IMG/VR virus record: IMGVR_UViG_3300032257_000077
Span: 1-31,997 of that record
DNA length: 31,997 nucleotides
Reading direction: 5' to 3' (one strand)
DNA from: a virus
Taxonomy: Duplodnaviria; Caudoviricetes
Part shown: positions 7,712-15,612 of the stretch, in pieces
How positions within the stretch are numbered: the stretch's first letter is position 1
How the letters are laid out: the number at the start of each line of letters is the position of its first letter
Made by a program: the position numbers and the translations under genes
Notes under the pieces: model-generated
What the model was told of the DNA's origin: nothing
The model's input: only the letters and a program-made list of their open reading frames with translations
The model's database searches: none

Positions 7712-7820
7712 ACCTATAATTAACGCTTTTTAGGGGAAGGTTTTAGAGCTGTTTCACACCTTTAATTTATAGCTTATTTTTGTTAAGAAATAAACCATTC
7801 AAATTAATTAATCTTATTGC

Positions 7821-7849
7821 TTGACAGTTAGGACATATTGACCTATTAT
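7821..7849 (+). promoter_or_regulatory. Sigma70 promoter with KorC-type operator between -35 and -10
   Basis: TTGACA (7821-7826), 17-nt spacer, TATTAT (7844-7849); inverted repeat TAGGACA-TAT-TGACCTA at 7829-7845. Confidence 0.85.
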
Positions 7850-7896
7850 TAGTACATAGCCCAGCTACTTCAGCAAGGGCATAACGGAGAAAAACC

Positions 7897-8343
7897 ATGA
7901 CCAAGAACGAAAATAAAATCATTAAACAAGCCCTTTCAATCCTTGAATCTCGAGCTAAAAATTCAGATGCAACACTTAATAATGCTGATAGTGTTCGCAA
8001 ATACTTAACGCTAAAACTTGCTGAATTAGAGCATGAAGTGTTTATTGCTATCTACATGAACACACGCCTTCAAGTGATTGAGTTCAACGAAATGTTCAGA
8101 GGCACTATTGATGGTGCAAGCGTTTACCCACGTGAAGTCGTTAAGCAAGCATTAAAAGTAAATGCATCAGCTGTAATTTTTGCTCACAACCACCCTTCAC
8201 AAGTTGCTGAACCAAGCCAAGCAGACCAACAAATCACAAAAAGACTACGCGATATATTGGAGCTGATTGAAGTCAGAGTTATTGATCACTTTGTTATTGG
8301 TGGTTCAAACATTATTTCATTCTCAGAACGTGGACTGCTTTAG
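7897..8343 (+). CDS. radC: RadC family JAB/MPN domain protein (short form)
   Basis: EHEVF..GTIDGASVYPREVVK..HNHPS..PSQAD..IDHFVIG..SFSERGLL. Confidence 0.93.
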   Translation: MTKNENKIIKQALSILESRAKNSDATLNNADSVRKYLTLKLAELEHEVFIAIYMNTRLQVIEFNEMFRGTIDGASVYPREVVKQALKVNASAVIFAHNHPSQVAEPSQADQQITKRLRDILELIEVRVIDHFVIGGSNIISFSERGLL

Positions 8344-8370
8344 CAGCTCCACCCTTTTTGGAGGCATATC

Positions 8371-8727
8371 ATGTCTGAAGATATTAAAAATTATGAATAC
8401 AATCGAAAAGATTTAAAAGATATTCGCGCCAGCACTTTGCTACCCTATGGTAGCGGCTGGGAAAAACCAACACCGGATGAAATCCGACTTCTATTTGAAA
8501 TTGGTGGTGAGTTAATTGGTAAGGCTAAATTAACTGGTTCAATTGTTGGAGGTATTACAGGTGCTGATGCTCGTAGTGTTAGACGATGGACAGCCGAAGA
8601 AGGATCAAAAGGTCACAAGTATATTTCTTATGCAGCTTGGAGATTGTTATTGATCTATGTTGGCATTGTTGAGCCTGAGAAAATAGAACTCGAACAGGCT
8701 GTTAATATTAAAAATGTTGCTGAATAA
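8371..8727 (+). CDS. korC: KorC-like HTH transcriptional repressor
   Basis: IRASTLLP..WEKPTPDEIR..LTG..RSVRRW..ISYAAWRLL..G resembles IncP KorC as recalled (IR..CLRP..W.QPT..EIR..RTVRRW..IPYAAW); GGAGG SD. Confidence 0.8.
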   Translation: MSEDIKNYEYNRKDLKDIRASTLLPYGSGWEKPTPDEIRLLFEIGGELIGKAKLTGSIVGGITGADARSVRRWTAEEGSKGHKYISYAAWRLLLIYVGIVEPEKIELEQAVNIKNVAE

Positions 8728-8738
8728 GGATTAATATT

Positions 8739-8957
8739 ATGCATGCGTCCATGATAATAAATAATGGTAGTGTAAAGCACTTTCATCAATGCACAGGTAA
8801 AGATTGCATCGTTAATCCAGATTTACAGATTGTAACGTTTTATTCAGATCAACACGCAATTGATAGTGGCTGGGTTTACACTACTGATATTCGATTTTGC
8901 GAACCAAATCAATCTACTGCATGGGTGTGTCCTGAATGTGTGAAAGATATTCCTTAG
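8739..8957 (+). CDS. Cys-rich hypothetical protein
   Basis: CTGKDC...AIDSGW..C..WVCPEC; AAGGA SD. Confidence 0.6.
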   Translation: MHASMIINNGSVKHFHQCTGKDCIVNPDLQIVTFYSDQHAIDSGWVYTTDIRFCEPNQSTAWVCPECVKDIP

Positions 8958-8970
8958 TGAGGATCAACTA

Positions 8971-9140
8971 ATGACTAATAAATTATTTTCAGAGGAAGAA
9001 ATAAAAAAACTTTTTGGGATGTTTTCCATGAATCAGGTGAGTTATGGTTTAATTATCGTGGTACAGATGATGAAAATCAAGAGTCAACTATTGAGCAATG
9101 GAATGAATTTTTGCAGATTCTAAAGAATGAAAGCAGGTGA
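8971..9140 (+). pseudogene. Small gene apparently split by a -1 frameshift at an A7-C-T5 tract
   Basis: Frame 0 gives MTNKLFSEEEIKKLF; -1 frame continues WDVFHESGELWFNYRGTDDENQESTIEQWNEFLQILKNESR*. Confidence 0.4.
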
Positions 9141-9143
9141 AAT

Positions 9144-9431
9144 CTATTGGCCTTTACTACGTAAAGCCTCAAACCGCTTATTACCACCCTTGATTTCAGC
9201 ACAGTTATCAATCAGGGCGGATTCGTAGTTTTCCCATGTTAGCCCTTCACCAAAGGCAACACCTTTATCATTCTTAGGTGCAATGCATGACATTGGCTTA
9301 GTCAGCTCTTTGTCACGCTCACTGACTATTGAACGACTCGCGCAGCTTGTTAACGCGAGCAACAGGCACAACAGATTTAGCACAACCACTAGGATCAGGA
9401 ATTTTTTTGATAATGATTTTGACACGTTCAT
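9144..9431 (-). CDS. Outer-membrane spanin (Rz1-like lipoprotein)
   Basis: Signal peptide with lipobox LTSC; overlaps the i-spanin 3' end out of frame. Confidence 0.75.
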   Translation of the reverse strand: MNVSKSLSKKFLILVVVLNLLCLLLALTSCASRSIVSERDKELTKPMSCIAPKNDKGVAFGEGLTWENYESALIDNCAEIKGGNKRFEALRSKGQ

Positions 9432-9618
9432 TTTCTTTCGCCTTGGCTTCAGTGAAACCTTTGATTTCAGCTACCGCTTTTACATCGGTTAATTTTTGCT
9501 CGACTACTGCCAGCTTATCTTCATTAGAGCATCGGTTATACCCGTGACGCTCTGCAAAGAATAAAGCCATAAGTGTCAGAGCAATGCCAATGCTGGCACC
9601 TATTAGCTTACCCGTCAT
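9319..9618 (-). CDS. Inner-membrane spanin (Rz-like)
   Basis: N-terminal TM, helical periplasmic part, C-terminal Cys; lysis cassette position. Confidence 0.75.
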   Translation of the reverse strand: MTGKLIGASIGIALTLMALFFAERHGYNRCSNEDKLAVVEQKLTDVKAVAEIKGFTEAKAKENERVKIIIKKIPDPSGCAKSVVPVARVNKLRESFNSQ

Positions 9619-9989
9619 GATTTTTTACCTGAAATGATTGCCGCTAGTTTTGGGTACTTCCATTCAATCAGTGATACAACAAGCCAATGCAAAAAGTTTG
9701 AGAGTGGCCCACTCACTAAACCGGCTATAAACCATGGAATTGTTTTTTGTTCTGGCCAGAGTAAAAACGATGCAACGAAGCCAGCAATGAAAGCGCATAA
9801 ATATAATGCTTGCTTACGATTCTTTCTAGCCATGTAAACGATAACAATACGTTTGAATGATTCAGTTGATGCAAAGATGACTATCAGCACCCATGCGATT
9901 GCAACCCATTCTTGGCCTGTTAACAAAGATTGAATGAATTCTACTATCGGTGCATACCAGCTTGGTTCTGCAATATATGTTGGTTCCAT
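9615..9989 (-). CDS. Holin-like multi-TM membrane protein
   Basis: About 3 hydrophobic segments; lies between endolysin and spanins. Confidence 0.6.
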   Translation of the reverse strand: MEPTYIAEPSWYAPIVEFIQSLLTGQEWVAIAWVLIVIFASTESFKRIVIVYMARKNRKQALYLCAFIAGFVASFLLWPEQKTIPWFIAGLVSGPLSNFLHWLVVSLIEWKYPKLAAIISGKKS

Positions 9990-9990
9990 G

Positions 9991-10596
9991 TTATGCCGCC
10001 TTATTTAATTCAAGTGCGATTAATGAATGAAGTGTTGCCCAAGAAAATGCTGCATCATCACCGTGGCCATGTGGATCCTTTTTGCGACCAGGTGCGATAT
10101 CTTCATGGCCTACAATCATATCCGTTGAAATATTAAATTTAGTGATAAGGAATGAACAGATTCTAGCAAGCATTGCATATTGTACTTTTGTTGGGCCCAC
10201 TTCATACGAGCCAACAAAGGCAATACCTATCATAAAACGATTACAGAATTGTTTTCCTGCGAATTCAGAAACACCAGCATGGTATGCCTGAAATTCAAAC
10301 GGAACGAGTTGTAATGGCTCAGCATCACGGCCAATTAATAAATGATACGAAGCAAATTGTTTATCGCCATCATAAATATCATACAACCGATCATCGGGTT
10401 CAAAATTCAGATCATGGAGTAATCGCCAAGTAAATTCAGTGTTGAATGGTCTTTCGGGCGTTACATTTTTACAGCTAATATAATGTATTGTGATCCCTTC
10501 GGGTTTTAACAGGCGTGGTTGAAAATTTCTTTTAATAGAAGCGTAACATTGCAGTGGAAGGAATTTGAATGTAACACCAAGATCGCTAATCCTCAT
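9991..10596 (-). CDS. Endolysin, N-acetylmuramoyl-L-alanine amidase (Amidase_2)
   Basis: ITIHYI, ASYHLLIGRD, AYHAGVS, IGIAFVG and IVGHEDIAPGRKKDP motifs. Confidence 0.92.
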   Translation of the reverse strand: MRISDLGVTFKFLPLQCYASIKRNFQPRLLKPEGITIHYISCKNVTPERPFNTEFTWRLLHDLNFEPDDRLYDIYDGDKQFASYHLLIGRDAEPLQLVPFEFQAYHAGVSEFAGKQFCNRFMIGIAFVGSYEVGPTKVQYAMLARICSFLITKFNISTDMIVGHEDIAPGRKKDPHGHGDDAAFSWATLHSLIALELNKAA

Positions 10597-10813
10597 TGGG
10601 GTTCTCACCGGCTAGTATCTTTTGCTTGATTTTAACGGATAACCGCATCTCTTGAATTCTGTAAGAACCCCAAATCAGAGCTAGCACAATAATTAAGAAA
10701 TTTAAAAAAGGTGTGAGAGTTGTTATCCAGGTAAGAATTACAGATCCACCAACACCAGCATCAGCAACATGCTTCACAACATTAGGTATATGTTCTAGTT
10801 TGTTATTAGGCAC
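10586..10813 (-). CDS. Small holin/antiholin-like membrane protein
   Basis: 75 aa, 1-2 TM segments, basic C-terminus, directly upstream of endolysin. Confidence 0.6.
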   Translation of the reverse strand: MPNNKLEHIPNVVKHVADAGVGGSVILTWITTLTPFLNFLIIVLALIWGSYRIQEMRLSVKIKQKILAGENPNED

Positions 10814-10868
10814 AATGTGTTCCGATTGGATAAATTGGTATCATTATCGCATTCATATCAAGTTCCTT

Positions 10869-11279
10869 TTATGTAGTGATTATCTGTGATTTCTTTTTTT
10901 GTATGAGCTTATCGGCATCTTTAATCTTTTTTGACGCACCCGGTAGGCCGGCAACGATCGAAAGTAATTCAGGTGCGATTTCCATATAAGCGTTATTAAT
11001 TTCCAATTTTATTAATGCATTCTTTGCTTTGTTACTTTGGCTGTTGATTTCTTTTGATGTTAATCGAGTAGATTTTTCTGCTTTAAATGCATCTATGTAA
11101 GGCTGAATAATTTCTATGTCAGTGATTTTTTTAGGGGGAGCATTAACGTATTCAATAATACCTTCAGTACCATCCCATTGAATGGCATGTATACTATTAT
11201 CATAATCCATATCGAGAATAAGAGATTCATCCTCAACATATATACTCTTATCACTTGGTATTATTGTTACTTTCATCAT
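10869..11279 (-). CDS. Tail-fibre-associated/assembly protein
   Basis: KVTIIPSD..IHAIQWDGTEGIIEY motif; downstream of fibre. Confidence 0.6.
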   Translation of the reverse strand: MMKVTIIPSDKSIYVEDESLILDMDYDNSIHAIQWDGTEGIIEYVNAPPKKITDIEIIQPYIDAFKAEKSTRLTSKEINSQSNKAKNALIKLEINNAYMEIAPELLSIVAGLPGASKKIKDADKLIQKKKSQIITT

Positions 11280-11280
11280 T

Positions 11281-11568
11281 TTACCCTTTATTTAATCTTA
11301 GGATTTTTGCAATATTGGACATACCGCTGAACAAACTTTTCACTGATTCGTTTCTTAATGAATCAATGGCTTTTCCGTTTTCCATTTGCATCTTTGAATT
11401 TTCGATTGTTAATATATTTCTCAGTAAATCATCACACATAAATTCTTTTATAAGCTCACCTGTTTGTGGATGCTTACCAAATACATCTTGATAGTGATGG
11501 CACTTATGTTCAATGCAACCCCGTTCTTCTTCAGGTAAGCTCATTCTATATTTACATTCTTTAATCAT
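11281..11568 (-). CDS. Cys-rich protein associated with the fibre gene
   Basis: C..C....C..GKHPQTGE..C..IENSK..AIDSLRNE. Confidence 0.7.
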   Translation of the reverse strand: MIKECKYRMSLPEEERGCIEHKCHHYQDVFGKHPQTGELIKEFMCDDLLRNILTIENSKMQMENGKAIDSLRNESVKSLFSGMSNIAKILRLNKG

Positions 11569-12599
11569 GAATCTTTCACACCAATAATGAAATCAACATA
11601 CATCAAGTCAAAATTAGAAAGATTGTGTGCATGTCCAGCGCCCCCACCGACTGAAGTATGCGTATGATCGCCAACGGCCTGAATTATCCCTGAATTTGTA
11701 CCAGCCCCCGGTGTTGCTGCGCCTGATTTACCTGTTGAATTTGATGTCGTATCAGAATTATTAGCAATATTCATTGTATGACCATGCGTACCAGCCGGAC
11801 CATGATCATGGGCGGGAATTTGTGAGGTCGATAATGTTTGGCTATCCGTTGTTTTCCCAGAACCAAATGCTGTTGTGAATGAGCTTGTACCGCCAGTACT
11901 GACAGCACCGTTCACTATTCTTAATGCTTTGTTGTTGTGTGTTGTGTCTTTTGTCCAGCCAAAAGGTGTTGCAGTTTGTTGAAACAGCATTCTTGTTCCT
12001 GAATCAAAACCATCAAGTCGACGTTCACCAATAAACATTTCAGTCACAGTATCAAGTATGAATGAAATTACATTACTGCCTTTTGTAATAACATCTTGTG
12101 TTATGCCATACGCATAAACTTGTGAGCCAGCACCTGATATTGATACATCACCAGCCCCAGCGTTTATTAGGTTGAATTTTGAAAATGTTCTTAGCCCAGA
12201 TATGCTAATTGTAAAAGTAGAAACATCAATAATTGCTTCTGTTGATTCACTCTCGATTATAATGTCATTATTAGTGAGCGCTAAGTTTGATGCCAGTATA
12301 TGTGTGCCATCAAGGATAGTGATACGCGATCCCGCAACAACAAGCACATCGTTTAAATCATCAACAACATGCGTTGCTTCATTATTTGTTACTTGTGTTG
12401 CGCTACCAACAATAATATCGGCATAACTACCCTGTAGGCCCATGAACCATTTACTTGTTATATTCCAAAGCCAATTCAAAAATTGAAACGGTGGGCGCTC
12501 AGTGTAAATCCACCCAGCCAGTTTTTTAGTTGAGCCTGGGTCAGATATCTTTGCTGCGTCATCATCTGTTACCCATTTAATTAAGTCAGGTTTAGCCAT
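11565..12599 (-). CDS. Tail fibre protein with collar-like domain and HxH-containing tip
   Basis: Baseplate-anchor N-terminus GW..ERPPFQFLNW; GTRMLFQQTATPFGWTK; HDH, HGH, HTH and HAH motifs. Confidence 0.82.
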   Translation of the reverse strand: MAKPDLIKWVTDDDAAKISDPGSTKKLAGWIYTERPPFQFLNWLWNITSKWFMGLQGSYADIIVGSATQVTNNEATHVVDDLNDVLVVAGSRITILDGTHILASNLALTNNDIIIESESTEAIIDVSTFTISISGLRTFSKFNLINAGAGDVSISGAGSQVYAYGITQDVITKGSNVISFILDTVTEMFIGERRLDGFDSGTRMLFQQTATPFGWTKDTTHNNKALRIVNGAVSTGGTSSFTTAFGSGKTTDSQTLSTSQIPAHDHGPAGTHGHTMNIANNSDTTSNSTGKSGAATPGAGTNSGIIQAVGDHTHTSVGGGAGHAHNLSNFDLMYVDFIIGVKDS

Positions 12600-13219
12600 T
12601 AGAACACCCTTGCTAGTTTGCCGCCATCCGTTAAGGCTTCATCACCGAAACCGTGGAGTATGTCTGTCGGTCCGTTATTGCTTCCATCAACTTCTGAAAC
12701 ATCGGATAAGTAAAAATCATCATTTTCTGGTGCAACATATAAAAGCATTTCAATACCACCGGCTTTCACTATTTCCATTGCTGCACGATTGTATTCATCC
12801 GTTGCTGGATCATTTGGATCTGTATCTGTGTGTGCAGTGAGTTGAACACCGGCCGGATATATTTCTTGGAATCGAACTAAAGCCGGGCTTAAAAGAAAAT
12901 TGTATAACTCGATCAATGATTCAGCTTCACCACTTTTTTCAAGCTGTGATGTAGCTGCAAAAATTCGTGAACGGTATGCACTGTCACTTTCACCAACATC
13001 ACGTACAGTATTTAAAATAGTTCCAGCATTATCTAGTTGCATGCCGGTTGCGGTAGAGATAAACCTGTTTAAGCGTAAATCATCAATCACATCTTCAATG
13101 CTTTGATAACGTGTGCCTATTAAATCAACCAATGCTAATAAATTAGTTGCGCCATTAAACTGTTCAGGCAATCTTGTCTTTGCGCGTTCTGCATGATCCG
13201 TTATTTTGGTTATGCTCAT
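12599..13219 (-). CDS. Baseplate wedge protein (DUF2612-like)
   Basis: ATGMQLDNAGTIL..R..SDSAYR motif; follows baseplate J. Confidence 0.8.
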   Translation of the reverse strand: MSITKITDHAERAKTRLPEQFNGATNLLALVDLIGTRYQSIEDVIDDLRLNRFISTATGMQLDNAGTILNTVRDVGESDSAYRSRIFAATSQLEKSGEAESLIELYNFLLSPALVRFQEIYPAGVQLTAHTDTDPNDPATDEYNRAAMEIVKAGGIEMLLYVAPENDDFYLSDVSEVDGSNNGPTDILHGFGDEALTDGGKLARVF

Positions 13220-14586
13220 AACACTGCCAACGTAATTCTAGATGAATCAAAATCAGCAATCTGTGTATCAGGAATAACGATATTGTCATCGAGCGTAGGA
13301 CTTGCTGCTGTGCCAATTCGAATGGCTAAATCCAAGATGCCAGGTACATCATTGAAGGATGAAATTAAATAAGGGTAAACAACGACATCTTCACCAATTT
13401 CTAATGCAGCACCAAACGTAAGCAGCCGTGATAAAACTTCGGCTGTTCCGGGGAAATCAACATCAACGGTAAAATCTATTTCAAGATAAATATTTGAAGC
13501 AACTGGTCGATTAAAACGTGATGTGTGATCGATTCCCTGTGAATCGGTAACTGTTCCAGAGATTGAACCAAACACTTCTATGCCGGCCGCTTTTTTATCC
13601 CAGACCACTGATAAAATATCTGAATCAAGGCCTCCGATAACAAGACATTCAATGCTTTTAGCTGGTCGACCATCAACATCAGGCACGATATCAACATTTT
13701 CAAAAACTTTTGCAGCGGTAACATTGTTAATTTGAAGTAGTGCACCACGTATTGCTTCTAAACGTGCAGCGCCTAAACCCTGCAAAGCTTCAAGCCGGCG
13801 CGTTCTGAATTCAGCATCCGTTTCGATGTTTACACCTTTTGTTGCATCGGCATAATTATCAACACGATCTAAACCTGAAATTGTATTAACGATTTGATTT
13901 AAGGTGCCGGCCAATGCTGCAATAGGTCCAGTATCAACACTTTCAACATTTACGGCTGTTGCTGGATCAGCGGTAATGATTCCTGTTGCCGGTGAAGTCG
14001 GTGTTGTGGTTATGGCATAAGTAAATGTATTGGCATCAGCAACGGTGAGAATTTCAACTAAACCATTGTATTCAGTTTCAACCGCATCATTAATAAATAC
14101 GTACTGACCAACACTGCGACCATGTGCGGCTGCAACTGCTGTGACTGTTGAACCTGATAACGTGAGTGAAGTTATAGCAAATTGACTACCAGCAAGATTC
14201 ACATTAGCCAATGTTATGAATTGATCACCGGAATCTTGAACGGCAAACAATGTGCCAGTTGGAATGAGCGTGGTATTTGTTCCAGCTAAATAAGCAATGG
14301 CTGTTGATACTGCAGCGGCGTTTCTTGAAAAAGCAGTGTATTCACCAATACCATCAAGTGATATGTCACTAGCAGAATTTGGATAGTGACTATTATATTC
14401 AGCCTCTGCGCCTTCCCACAATTCGGTTTCACGCTCAGCCATAATGCCGACAAGCTTCCCAAATATAGTATCAGGAGTGAGCTTGATGCCAGCACCAAAA
14501 GTTTGCCTAAATACAGATTCAATCTCAGTTTTACAATCTGATAATCGTTTTGCATTAAAGCCGGTAGAAGTTACACCAAATATCAT
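13216..14586 (-). CDS. Baseplate J/gp47 family protein
   Basis: FGVTSTGF, GPIAALAGTLNQI, G.NIETDAEFRTR and KAAGI motifs. Confidence 0.9.
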   Translation of the reverse strand: MIFGVTSTGFNAKRLSDCKTEIESVFRQTFGAGIKLTPDTIFGKLVGIMAERETELWEGAEAEYNSHYPNSASDISLDGIGEYTAFSRNAAAVSTAIAYLAGTNTTLIPTGTLFAVQDSGDQFITLANVNLAGSQFAITSLTLSGSTVTAVAAAHGRSVGQYVFINDAVETEYNGLVEILTVADANTFTYAITTTPTSPATGIITADPATAVNVESVDTGPIAALAGTLNQIVNTISGLDRVDNYADATKGVNIETDAEFRTRRLEALQGLGAARLEAIRGALLQINNVTAAKVFENVDIVPDVDGRPAKSIECLVIGGLDSDILSVVWDKKAAGIEVFGSISGTVTDSQGIDHTSRFNRPVASNIYLEIDFTVDVDFPGTAEVLSRLLTFGAALEIGEDVVVYPYLISSFNDVPGILDLAIRIGTAASPTLDDNIVIPDTQIADFDSSRITLAVL

Positions 14587-14918
14587 ATAGTAATATCACT
14601 GGTTATAGCTCCGTCTGTTGTTTTTAATGTGTAAGCAATATTCAGCCTACGATTTTCAAAGCTTGTTTCAAAATCCTGAAAGGTGACCTCTGCGCTTTTC
14701 AGAATCTCGCGTTTAATAATTGCTGCTATAACCGATAATCTTGGATTCTTCACCAGTATATCTTTTCTGTAATCGGGTCCAAAACTTAAATCTAAAAACC
14801 ATTCACCTTTAAATGTTTTCAATCGATCTTCAATTCTCTGTCCTGCTTCATCATTACCTGATACCGTTTGAAGATCGCCGCCAGTGATAACTAGGTCATT
14901 ACTGTATTTAAGATCCAT
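14583..14918 (-). CDS. Baseplate wedge / sheath initiator (gp25-like)
   Basis: QRIEDRLKTFKGEWFLDLSFG motif. Confidence 0.8.
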   Translation of the reverse strand: MDLKYSNDLVITGGDLQTVSGNDEAGQRIEDRLKTFKGEWFLDLSFGPDYRKDILVKNPRLSVIAAIIKREILKSAEVTFQDFETSFENRRLNIAYTLKTTDGAITSDITI

Positions 14919-14919
14919 G

Positions 14920-15612
14920 CTACACCTTGATATTCTCTAGCGATTGAATAACAGTATCGACAGTATTCGTTATATTATCAACATTAGTTTTAGTTGCAGC
15001 AAAGGCGAGTGCATTGATTGGTGTTGATGTCGGGGATCCTAAATTCCCTATCACAGTGATTGCTTGAATGTTTGTAAGTGTTGTTGATAATTCTTCAGTC
15101 AGTGTTTTTAGTTCAGTAAACGCATCGAAGGCCAGCTTCAATAATTCATCTGTTCCATTGCCAATAGTAATTTTTGTTTCAGGGCTAACTTCAATTTCTA
15201 GTGCATCAGGATTATTTGCAGTATAGGGTTTGCCTTCCGGGTACCCCCCTAAAATGGCATAAGCATCTTCAAGGTGATGCATGCGTTTATCATTAGAATA
15301 TTTTTCAGTACCATCGCCAGCAATCCAGTTTTCAATGGAGCGATCAGCAAAAACCAACGTGCAAATATCCCCTTTCTTCACTGGTAAGCGAATAATGGCA
15401 GACGCTGTTCGTGGATGAATGACCGGCACCCGCTCGATAAATCGTAGCAACTCAGGTTCTTTACGTTTATAGAACTTAACTTTAATCAGCGGTTGCACTG
15501 TAGCTAAGTGCGTATCAGAATCATATTTCTCAATTCTCGCAGGCATACACACGCGCAATCTTTCATTGATGATATTTCCAAGTTCAGTGCTGAATCTATT
15601 AAGTTCACTCAC
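14920..15612 (-). CDS. Baseplate central spike (Gp138-like)
   Basis: PARIEKYD..ATVQPL..PVKKGD.CTLVFADRSIENW..RMHHLEDA. Confidence 0.85.
   Translation of the reverse strand: MSELNRFSTELGNIINERLRVCMPARIEKYDSDTHLATVQPLIKVKFYKRKEPELLRFIERVPVIHPRTASAIIRLPVKKGDICTLVFADRSIENWIAGDGTEKYSNDKRMHHLEDAYAILGGYPEGKPYTANNPDALEIEVSPETKITIGNGTDELLKLAFDAFTELKTLTEELSTTLTNIQAITVIGNLGSPTSTPINALAFAATKTNVDNITNTVDTVIQSLENIKV

Larger units (their letters stand above)
7503..7739 (+). repeat. Integrase arm-type binding repeats TTAGGGGAAT flanking the att core
   Basis: Exact copies at 7503-7512, 7515-7524 and 7677-7686; one-mismatch copies at 7529-7538 and 7730-7739. Confidence 0.8.

Noticed and set aside
7503-7739. 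TTAGGGGAAT repeats as a CRISPR array or telomere-like repeat
   Set aside because: 10-nt units with irregular spacing around an att core; Int arm sites explain them and no cas genes are present
10814-10868. Possible lysis promoter (TTGATA on the minus strand)
   Set aside because: No acceptable -10 hexamer at 16-18 nt spacing
11565-12599. Diversity-generating retroelement or invertible fibre cassette
   Set aside because: No reverse transcriptase, invertase, duplicated template repeat or flanking inverted repeats seen in this window
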